Source: Acidobacteriota bacterium
Lineage (GTDB): Bacteria > Acidobacteriota > Vicinamibacteria > Vicinamibacterales > 2-12-FULL-66-21
DNA length: 64,000 bases
Reading direction: 5' to 3'
Assembly: GCA_016184105.1 (NCBI GenBank)
Contig: JACPDI010000031.1
Coordinates: forward strand, 70,673 to 134,672
In this document: positions 22,224 to 29,669 of the stretch, in pieces
How the letters are laid out: each line of letters opens with the position of its first letter
Position numbering within the stretch: the stretch's first letter is position 1
The notes under the pieces: model-generated
Database searches by the model: none
Seen by the model: only the letters and a program-made list of their open reading frames with translations
Told to the model about the DNA's origin: nothing
Program-made: the position numbers and the translations under genes

Positions 22224-22868
22224 CTAGGGCCGCGCGGGCAAACCAAGGAATACGCGGGTTTCCTCCCAGATGTCCGGCATGCTGGACAGCAACTGATGGT
22301 CGTCATCCAGCAGCCGGAGCGTGACGTTAGTCCTCGTGCTTGCGAACTTCCGGGCAACCGCCGGGTTCACCACTGCGTCGCGCGTACCCTGGAAAACGAG
22401 CATGGGCTGTGTCAGCTCAAGTCCGAATGCGTCATATCGTGCCGCATCTTCATAGAGCGCGTAGCCGACCTGCGCCAATCGGCCGAAGCCGTAATGAAAG
22501 ACGTCCAGCAATCCGGTCTCGCGCCACCTCGCGATCGCGTCGTCGCCAAGATCCCGCATCCGCGTTTCAGCAAAATCGAGCGCGGGCGCGAGCAGCACGA
22601 GTTTCTCCACGGCCGCGCGCTGCGCGGCGACGTGCACGGCAACAAAGGCCCCGAGGCTCGACCCAATCAACGCCACCGGTTCCGAGCCGCCATCGATGGC
22701 GCGCACCGCATGCTCGATCATGCGCGTGATGGTGAGCGTTTCAAAGGAGGGCTGGTTGAAATCGAGCGCCTCGAGGACGATGTCGTAGGGGGCAAGCCGA
22801 TCCGCGAAGGTTCGCGCTTTCGACGACCGCGCGGACGAGGCGAACCCGTGGAGATAGATGCCGCGCAT
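22224..22868 (-). CDS. YqiA/UPF0227-like alpha/beta-hydrolase (esterase)
   Basis: MRGIYLHGFASS start and the GSSLG nucleophile elbow. I chose the ATG at 22868, which overlaps the SET gene stop by 1 nt. The upstream ORF extension is Arg-rich junk. Confidence 0.65.
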   Translation of the reverse strand: MRGIYLHGFASSARSSKARTFADRLAPYDIVLEALDFNQPSFETLTITRMIEHAVRAIDGGSEPVALIGSSLGAFVAVHVAAQRAAVEKLVLLAPALDFAETRMRDLGDDAIARWRETGLLDVFHYGFGRLAQVGYALYEDAARYDAFGLELTQPMLVFQGTRDAVVNPAVARKFASTRTNVTLRLLDDDHQLLSSMPDIWEETRVFLGLPARP

Positions 22869-23296
22869 TACAGGCGCGTGCGGCACCCGGGCCGGCACCG
22901 GCACGGAATGATCTTGGCGCCGTCGGTGGCGTAGTCGTAGGTGATCTCTTCGCCCTTGCGGATCGTGCGCGACGCACGGATCCAGATCACGTCGCCGACG
23001 ATCTGGACGTAGCAGTTGGGCTTGCAGGAGTGGTTGATGTAGCGCGCGACGTTGCCGCCGACCGCCGCGTCGCGCACCCATCGCGAATTCAGGCGGAAGC
23101 ACCAGATGTGCCCGCGGTCGAGGTAATTCGCCTCGCGCTTCGCGCTCTCGCGGATGGAGATCTTCTCGCCCGCGTAGTCGACAATGCGCTTGTTTTTCGG
23201 AATGCCGTGGGTGGCGAACACCCCCCAGCCATGAATGCCCGAACGCCGACGCTCAATCACGAGATCGAATATATCCCACCGCGCACGAGAACTCAC
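22868..23296 (-). CDS. SET-domain protein (putative protein-lysine N-methyltransferase)
   Basis: GWGVFA, RYINHSCKPN, EEITYDY and the post-SET Cys cluster CRCRPGC. Confidence 0.85.
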   Translation of the reverse strand: MSSRARWDIFDLVIERRRSGIHGWGVFATHGIPKNKRIVDYAGEKISIRESAKREANYLDRGHIWCFRLNSRWVRDAAVGGNVARYINHSCKPNCYVQIVGDVIWIRASRTIRKGEEITYDYATDGAKIIPCRCRPGCRTRL

Positions 23297-23310
23297 CGCA
23301 GGGGACGCAG

Positions 23311-23880
23311 TCAGTTTCCGGACCAGTACCGAACGCGCCCTACGTCCACGTGCACGAAGTTCGACGAGGGGTAGATGCCGACGCCGCCCTTCTCGAGAGA
23401 CACCGCCGCCTTGTGAAGTTGGCCGAGCGGCACGCCGGGCACGCGGATATCAATCGCCTTGCCCACCATGTGCAGCGACTTGGACGCGACGCCGGTATGC
23501 GCGCCGCCCCGCGCGCGCAGCATGGTGTTGGTCCTGGGCGAGCGGTACCCGGAGATCACATGATACGGCTCGCGCGTCTGGAGCTGTCCGTTCAGCGAGA
23601 ACAGGAGATCGAGCAGGCGCACGTCGATCGCCTTGACCTCATTGACGCGGAAGTCCCGGAGCAGATGGTTAATCCGACGCAGCGATTCCGGCTTGTATAC
23701 GCCTTCGCAGCAGTACTCCGCCGCCAGGCTCTCGCCTGTATGCGTGTGGAAGAACGAAAGCTGTCTGTTGCCGGACGCCGGCGTTGCGGCACTGAGGCTG
23801 CGCGGCAGCAGCAGAGACGCGGCCGCCATGGCCCCGAGCGCGCAGAATTTCCGGCGGCTCAGATCACGGTCGCTCAACAT
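23311..23880 (-). CDS. DUF882 / peptidase M15A (YcbK/MepK-like) Tat-exported protein
   Basis: Twin-Arg signal (SRRKFCALGAMAAASLLLP), SGYRSP, SLHMVGKAIDI and FVHVD motifs. Confidence 0.8.
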   Translation of the reverse strand: MLSDRDLSRRKFCALGAMAAASLLLPRSLSAATPASGNRQLSFFHTHTGESLAAEYCCEGVYKPESLRRINHLLRDFRVNEVKAIDVRLLDLLFSLNGQLQTREPYHVISGYRSPRTNTMLRARGGAHTGVASKSLHMVGKAIDIRVPGVPLGQLHKAAVSLEKGGVGIYPSSNFVHVDVGRVRYWSGN

Positions 23881-23996
23881 TCATCGTCCAGTTGTCTGGG
23901 TGTGGGTTCCGGCGAAAGGGCCGGACATTCAGTGTCGCAGACGAGGGACTTCGGTTCAAGCTGCGCTATAATTCGGCGCAGCTCAGCACACATCGC

Positions 23997-24500
23997 ATGG
24001 CAGCCACCGCGTCGTTCGACATCACTTCGACGGTAGACCTCCAGGAGGTTGACAACGCCGTCAATCAGGCGAAGAAGGAAGTCGCGCAGCGATACGACTT
24101 CAAGGGCGCCAAGGCGGACATCGCGTTCAGCCGCGCCGAGAACGCGCTCACGCTGGTCGCCGACGACGAGTTCAAGCTGAACGCGTTGTGGGAGATCGTG
24201 CAGACGCGCCTGGTGCGCCGCGGCGTCCCGGTGAAGAACCTGAAACCGGGAGACCTCGAGCGCGCCGCCAACGACACGGTCCGCCGGGTGGTCGCGCTCC
24301 AGCAGGGTATTCCCGGCGACGCGGCCAAGGAAATTGCCAGGTTCATCAAAGAGCAGAAGCTCAAGCGCGTCCAGGCCGCGATTCAGGGAGACCAGGTTCG
24401 CATCAGCTCTGCCTCGAAGGACGAGCTGCAGTCGGTCATGCGCCTTCTCCGCGAGCAGGATTTCGGCATCGCCCTCCAGTTCGGCAATTATCGAGGCTGA
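23997..24500 (+). CDS. yajQ: YajQ family nucleotide-binding protein (UPF0234)
   Basis: ASFDITSTVDLQEVDNAVNQAKKEVAQRYDFKG and the C-terminal ALQFGNYRG are characteristic. The ATG is at 23997. Confidence 0.85.
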   Translation: MAATASFDITSTVDLQEVDNAVNQAKKEVAQRYDFKGAKADIAFSRAENALTLVADDEFKLNALWEIVQTRLVRRGVPVKNLKPGDLERAANDTVRRVVALQQGIPGDAAKEIARFIKEQKLKRVQAAIQGDQVRISSASKDELQSVMRLLREQDFGIALQFGNYRG

Positions 24501-24536
24501 GCTCGTTCCGGTCACGTTCTTGAATTGGCATCCCGC

Positions 24537-25130
24537 ATGACGATGCGCTACTCCGTGGCGTTGGCGGCCGTGGTTTCCTCATGCGCGGCTCCCGCGGCGG
24601 TGCACCGGCAACCGGTCACGCCGGCGCAGGCCGCCGCCGGCGTCAACCGCGACGCGCAAATCCAGAAGGACTTCCTGGACGGCGTGGCGAAGTACCTCGA
24701 GCTCCGGAAGGCCGAAGAGCAGAAACTGCCCTCCCTCTCGGACGAAGCGAAGCCCGAGGACATCGCGGCGCACCAGAAGGCGCTGCTCGGGGCGCTTCAG
24801 CAGGCCCGGCGCGGCGCCAGACAGGGGGACATCTTCACGGCGCCGAGCCGCGCGCTCATCCGGCGCCTGCTCGCGAGCCCGAACCCGAAGCCGGGGACCT
24901 CGATCCGTCGTGCCATCGAGGACGAGGACCCGGGTCCGATCACGATCGCGGTCAATGGTGCCTATCCGACGACGGTGCCGCTGCCGACCATGCCGCCGCA
25001 GGTGCTCGCCGCGCTGCCACGGCTTCCCGACGAACAGATCGAGTTCCGGTTCGTGGGCACGCGATTGATCCTCCTCGACGCGCGAGCCAACATGATCGTC
25101 GATTACATGGAGCGAGCGCTGCCGCGCTAG
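24537..25130 (+). CDS. Hypothetical lipoprotein
   Basis: MTMRYSVALAAVVSSC lipobox-like signal. I recognise no family. Confidence 0.5.
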   Translation: MTMRYSVALAAVVSSCAAPAAVHRQPVTPAQAAAGVNRDAQIQKDFLDGVAKYLELRKAEEQKLPSLSDEAKPEDIAAHQKALLGALQQARRGARQGDIFTAPSRALIRRLLASPNPKPGTSIRRAIEDEDPGPITIAVNGAYPTTVPLPTMPPQVLAALPRLPDEQIEFRFVGTRLILLDARANMIVDYMERALPR

Positions 25131-25157
25131 CACGTCCGCTCTTCGAGGTTGAACGCC

Positions 25158-26075
25158 ATGCGTCGCTTGATGCTCACCGTGTTGCTCGCCGGGCTCTCGC
25201 TGGCGGCGGTCGACGTGCGCCTGCCGAACAAGGAAGACTCGCTCCGGATGGCGGTCCTGGGCGACACGGGCACGGGCGGGCGCTCCCAGTACCAGGTCGG
25301 CGAGCGCCTGGCCGAGGCGCGGCAGAAGTACCCGTTCGAGATTGCCCTGATGGTCGGAGACAACCTGTACGGCGCCGAGCGGCCGCAGGATTTCGCGAAG
25401 AAGTTCGAGCGGCCCTACAAGCCGCTGCTCGATGCCGGCGTGAAGTTCTACGCGGTGCTCGGCAACCACGACGACCGCGAGCAGCGCAACTACAAGCTGT
25501 TCAACATGAATGGCGAGCTGTACTACACCTTCAAGGCGCCTCGTCAGAACGTGCGCTTCTTCGGGATCGAGTCGAGCTACATGGATCGCAGGCAGCTCGA
25601 CTGGCTGGAGCGGCAGCTGCAGACCCATGACGAGGACTGGAAGATCGTCTTCATGCACCACCCGATCTATTCGTCGGGCGGCCGCCACGGGTCGAGCATC
25701 GCGCTCAGGCAGGTGCTCGAGCCTCTCTTCATCAAGTACAACGTGAGCGTGGTGCTCGCCGGCCACGAGCACTTCTACGAGCGGCTCAAGCCGCAGAACG
25801 GCATCTCGTACTTCACGGCGGGCGGATCGGCAAAGCTGCGGAAGGGGAACCTGCGCGACGGCTCGCAGCTCACCGCAAGAGGCTTCGACACCGATAATTC
25901 ATTCATGCTCGCGGAGATCAACGGCGACCAGATGCGGTTCCAGGTCATTTCGCGCACCGGGCAGACGGTGGACGAAGGTGTCGTCGTGCGGCGAAAGGCG
26001 TCGCCGCTCACGTCTGCGCTGAAGCGGCCGCCTCCTTTCCCGCAGCTTGCGCCGCTTCCCTGGCGGCGGCCGTAA
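25158..26075 (+). CDS. Calcineurin-like metallophosphoesterase (purple-acid-phosphatase-like), secreted
   Basis: Signal peptide, then GDTGTG, GDNLY, GNHD, MHHP and GHEHFYER metal-ligand motifs. Confidence 0.85.
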   Translation: MRRLMLTVLLAGLSLAAVDVRLPNKEDSLRMAVLGDTGTGGRSQYQVGERLAEARQKYPFEIALMVGDNLYGAERPQDFAKKFERPYKPLLDAGVKFYAVLGNHDDREQRNYKLFNMNGELYYTFKAPRQNVRFFGIESSYMDRRQLDWLERQLQTHDEDWKIVFMHHPIYSSGGRHGSSIALRQVLEPLFIKYNVSVVLAGHEHFYERLKPQNGISYFTAGGSAKLRKGNLRDGSQLTARGFDTDNSFMLAEINGDQMRFQVISRTGQTVDEGVVVRRKASPLTSALKRPPPFPQLAPLPWRRP

Positions 26076-26904
26076 GCGCCCAATCCTCGTCGAAGGTTGC
26101 GAGGATGCGCCGCACCGTGGGCCGGTGCGCGATCAGCATGCCGACCTCCCGGCGCTCGTCGAGCTCCACCTTCCGAAGGCTCTGGCTGCCGACGAACGCA
26201 TGCTCGCCGTCTTTCACGATCGCCCGGATGTGGAGGCGGTAATGCGCCAGCGTGTCCCATTTCAGCCGCGCGCCCGCCTTCGCGCAGCGTCCCAGGACGC
26301 GCACGTCCACGCCGGCCTTCGCGCGCTCCTCGATCAGGCGGATCATCGACCGGTCCGAGAGACGCGCATCGTAGATCACGAGCTGCTCGCGCGCGCCCCT
26401 GATGAACGACGCCAGGCGCTCGCGGGCGTTTTCCGGGCTGACGACCAGCGCGTGGTGCCGCGGCGTGTACTGCTGCTTCAGGAGGTCCGCCTCGAACAAC
26501 CGGATGGCCTCCTTCACCACCGCGTCGTCCTCGACGATGAGCCCGAGGCTGCGGCTCTTGTCGATATCGAGTTTCGTGTAGTTGAACCCGAGCAGCAGGA
26601 GCCGGCCGCGGTCCACGATGATCATCTTGCCGTGGTACCGCACGAGGTCATCGTCCGAGCGCGCGACGGTCACTCCCTCGTCGAGCAGCTTCAGCTCCAG
26701 TTTTCTGAGCGCCTTGTCGCCGCTGCTGTTGGTGTGGGCAATCAGCGCGCGCACCGCGACGCCCCGCTGAACGGCCTCCGCAAGCGCCTTGATCACCGCG
26801 GCGCGATCGAGCCGGAAGACGGTGATGTCGATGCTCTTCTTCGCGTCCGCGATCGCGGCGAGGATGGGCACGAGGCCTTCCTGGGGCTGGACGATGAGAT
26901 CCAC
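26008..26904 (-). CDS. Phospholipase D-like (HKD) domain protein
   Basis: First HKD motif is YHGKMIIVD. The second is a degenerate copy, LHIRAIVKDGEHAFVGSQSL. Last gene of the 29599->26008 operon. Its 3' end overlaps the convergent phosphoesterase by 68 nt. Confidence 0.7.
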   Translation of the reverse strand: MDLIVQPQEGLVPILAAIADAKKSIDITVFRLDRAAVIKALAEAVQRGVAVRALIAHTNSSGDKALRKLELKLLDEGVTVARSDDDLVRYHGKMIIVDRGRLLLLGFNYTKLDIDKSRSLGLIVEDDAVVKEAIRLFEADLLKQQYTPRHHALVVSPENARERLASFIRGAREQLVIYDARLSDRSMIRLIEERAKAGVDVRVLGRCAKAGARLKWDTLAHYRLHIRAIVKDGEHAFVGSQSLRKVELDERREVGMLIAHRPTVRRILATFDEDWALTAAAREAAQAAGKEAAASAQT

Positions 26905-26907
26905 CGG

Positions 26908-27663
26908 CTATTTCCCTTTCTTCTTCTCTTCCCACTCGACCGACGTCCCGCCCGATTCGTCGAGGCGAAGAATGGCATTGGACAGCCGGTCGGTGCGGCG
27001 ATCATACGGCAGGTCGACCAGGTAACTGAGTTCGTCCTGGGAGGATGTGCGAAGCTCGTACCGGATTTCCTGGCGCCGAAGAAGATTTTCAATGGCCGAA
27101 CGCAGCGCTGAGCTGTCCTTCGTGCGGACGTGCAGTTCGAAGGTTTTCGTCGTTTTGGGCTCGAGCGACTCGATCACCCACATCACCACCAGCATGAATG
27201 CCGTGGAAAACGTGACCAGCGCGTAGAGGCCGACGCCGGCGCCCAGCCCGATCGCCAGCGAACACAACATCACGCCGGCGTCCTTCGGGTCATCGATCTT
27301 CGCCCGGTAGCGTACCAGGCTTGCGGCGCCCACGACCGCGAACGCGCGCGCAATGCTCGCACCCACGACGAGCATCACGACGGCGCCGACGATGGCGAGG
27401 ATGATCTGCGTCTGGATGACGGCAGGCGTTCGCGGAGGCGTGCCGCGGCGCCGCGGCCGAAACGCCAGCGTCGTGCCGAGGAGCGTCGCCAGCGGGAGCG
27501 CCACGAGCGCCGAATCGAGTTCGTGCAGCGGATGCATGGCGTGCTCGGGAAGCTCCTGCGGGGCCGGCATCTGCAACGGCCCCTCCGGCGGCACCTGCGC
27601 GAGCGCCGGACCCGAGGCGGCGAGCACGACGAGCATCAAGGCGGGAAGCACGCGCGACATCAT
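26908..27663 (-). CDS. DUF4956-like membrane protein
   Basis: Signal/TM segments, then SLVRYRAKIDDPKDAGVML...GLGAGVGLY, and a soluble charged C-terminal domain. The start ATG at 27663 overlaps the upstream stop. The ORF-track extension to 28740 is rejected. Confidence 0.6.
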   Translation of the reverse strand: MMSRVLPALMLVVLAASGPALAQVPPEGPLQMPAPQELPEHAMHPLHELDSALVALPLATLLGTTLAFRPRRRGTPPRTPAVIQTQIILAIVGAVVMLVVGASIARAFAVVGAASLVRYRAKIDDPKDAGVMLCSLAIGLGAGVGLYALVTFSTAFMLVVMWVIESLEPKTTKTFELHVRTKDSSALRSAIENLLRRQEIRYELRTSSQDELSYLVDLPYDRRTDRLSNAILRLDESGGTSVEWEEKKKGK

Positions 27664-28646
27664 TCCCTCCGCGCGGCGGGCGCGGCGCGTAGCGCGAGCC
27701 CCTGCGCAATCTTGGCCTTCAGTTTCCTGATGAAGCGGGCGCGATCCGCGGCGGCGTATCCGCCCGCACGGAACGCGTCGTCGAGCTGGCGATCGGTGAG
27801 CTGCGACGCGAGATCGCACGCCCAGGCGACGTCTTCCTGCGAAAGGTCGGCGAGCAGCTCCTGGTGACGCCCGCGGTACTCGAACTGCACGCGGCCGTCC
27901 TTCACGCCCGTGATGAATCCATGCGACTCGAAGTCGCGCACGTTGTTGCGCGTTCCGTGCGGGAAGCGTCGGCTCTTGCCGAACGCGGCGCCGAGGTCGC
28001 GCACGACATACCGGAGCGCGGGGCCGTCGCCGGGATCGGCGACCTGGTACACCTTGTTGTTCGTGGTCTTGAGATCCCAGTTGTTGATGAGGAGGTTGAG
28101 CACCACCAGGCCCTTGAACGGCCGCGTGCCGACGAAGGGGTTCTGCTGCCAGCTCCAGTCCGCGAGCTTTCGCGCGTTCGGCAGTTCCGGGCGGAAGCGC
28201 CCGGCGGGCTTCGGGCCCGGCCGCGGGCCGCCGTCGAGGCGCCAGTGCCGGACCAGATACATGGGGGGCTGGTGATAGCCAACCGCCCAGAGCAGCCGCG
28301 ACGCGGCGATCTCGCTCTGGACCTCGAGCCCCTGCTTCACGCTCCACTCGCGCCCGCCGGCGTCCACCACGTCGTAGCCGCCGCTGTAGCCGAGCACGTC
28401 GAGTCTCTTGAAGCGGAAGGTCGCGTCCTCGGGAGGGAGCAGCCCGGGACCGCCGGGCCCGTGGAAGAGATCGCGGGAGGACAGACCTGCCGGCGGAATC
28501 CACAGCTCCGCGAGTTGCCGCGCCGCGATCGGCCCCGTCGCGGTGGACCGCATCGCCGGCGCGCAGCCTGAAAACGATCCGACGAGAAGGAGCAGCAGCA
28601 CCATCACGCTTCGCCGCTGCCGGCCGCTCAGCACCCGCGCGGGCAC
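27660..28646 (-). CDS. Lipoprotein with protein-kinase-like motifs (paralog B)
   Basis: Lipobox LVGSFSGC. It has WSVKQG (beta3-Lys-like), EIAASRL (alphaC-Glu-like), NNWDLKTTNN (DxKxxN catalytic-loop-like) and RDLGAAFG (DFG-like). Collinear homology to the next gene. Confidence 0.55.
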   Translation of the reverse strand: MPARVLSGRQRRSVMVLLLLLVGSFSGCAPAMRSTATGPIAARQLAELWIPPAGLSSRDLFHGPGGPGLLPPEDATFRFKRLDVLGYSGGYDVVDAGGREWSVKQGLEVQSEIAASRLLWAVGYHQPPMYLVRHWRLDGGPRPGPKPAGRFRPELPNARKLADWSWQQNPFVGTRPFKGLVVLNLLINNWDLKTTNNKVYQVADPGDGPALRYVVRDLGAAFGKSRRFPHGTRNNVRDFESHGFITGVKDGRVQFEYRGRHQELLADLSQEDVAWACDLASQLTDRQLDDAFRAGGYAAADRARFIRKLKAKIAQGLALRAAPAARRE

Positions 28647-29599
28647 GCCGCGAGCCCGTCCGCGATCTTTTCCTGCAGGCGTGCGATAAAGCGGCCGGCG
28701 ATCGCATCGGGATATCCCGCGGCGCGAAACGCGTCGGCAAATTGCCGGTCCGTGATCCGGGCCAGCCGTTCGGAGATCCAGCGGATGTCGCGCCGGCGCA
28801 GCTGATTCAGCAGCTCGTCGTGGCGCCCCTGGTCGCCGAAGCGCGGCCGGTCACCATCGAACGCGATGATGAAGGGATGCGCCTCGAAGTGATCGGGATT
28901 GTTGCGGGAGCCGTCCGGCCACCGCGGCCGGCCGAAGGTGGCGCCGAGATCGCGCGCCACGTACCAGCGGCGCGCGCCGTCGCGCGGCTCGCCGAACTCG
29001 TAAATCTTGTTCTGCGAGGGCTTGATGTCCCAGTTGTTCAGGATGACGGCGAGTGCAAGCAGCCCGCGGTACGGCTGCGTGCCGACGAAGGGATTCCGGT
29101 GCAGCGACCATTCCCCGATGACCTTGCCGATCTCGGGACGGAACCGTGCGGAGTTCTGCGCCCCGGACGAGGGCCCCCCTTCCACGCTCCAGTGCGCGAG
29201 GAAGTAGGTCGGCGGCTGGCGATAGCCGGCAGCCCAGTAGATGCGCGAGGCGACGACCTCGGTCTGGGCCTCGGGGCCTTGCTTCGCGCTCCATTCGCGA
29301 CCCTGCGCGTCTTCGACGGTCAAGCCCGGGCTGAACCCGCCGGCTTTTTCCTCCTTGAACGTGAACGTGGCGCCATTCCGGGGCGCGAGCGCCCGACCGC
29401 CCGGCCCCCAGAACAGGTCGCGTGCCGCGATGTTCGACGGCTCGACCCACAGCTCGGCCATCTGCGCCGGCGCCGGCGGGCGCGGCGCAGTCCGGCGAAT
29501 CCTGGGCTCGCCGCACGCCGCGGCCGTGCAGGCGCAGAGCACGACGAGGAGGGCCGTCGGCGGCCGACGGCAGAGATGGAACGACATCGCGCCCACCAT
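28628..29599 (-). CDS. Lipoprotein with protein-kinase-like motifs (paralog A)
   Basis: Signal/lipobox LLVVLCACTAAAC, then WSAKQG, EVVASRI, NNWDIKPSQN and RDLGATFG. Shares the C-terminal ITDRQFADAFRAAGY...FI.RL..KI motif with paralog B. Confidence 0.55.
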   Translation of the reverse strand: MVGAMSFHLCRRPPTALLVVLCACTAAACGEPRIRRTAPRPPAPAQMAELWVEPSNIAARDLFWGPGGRALAPRNGATFTFKEEKAGGFSPGLTVEDAQGREWSAKQGPEAQTEVVASRIYWAAGYRQPPTYFLAHWSVEGGPSSGAQNSARFRPEIGKVIGEWSLHRNPFVGTQPYRGLLALAVILNNWDIKPSQNKIYEFGEPRDGARRWYVARDLGATFGRPRWPDGSRNNPDHFEAHPFIIAFDGDRPRFGDQGRHDELLNQLRRRDIRWISERLARITDRQFADAFRAAGYPDAIAGRFIARLQEKIADGLAACPRGC

Positions 29600-29669
29600 A
29601 CGGACGAGGCGATCTGCAAGGTTCGTACTCGCGCCCCCAACACCTCAACCGCAGAAGGCGCAAACGCGC

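Noticed and set aside
27664-28740. N-terminal 359 codons of ORF 26908-28740
   Set aside because: This stretch overlaps lipoprotein paralog B in another frame and is Arg/Pro-rich. The DUF4956-like part starts at the ATG at 27663, which overlaps the upstream stop.
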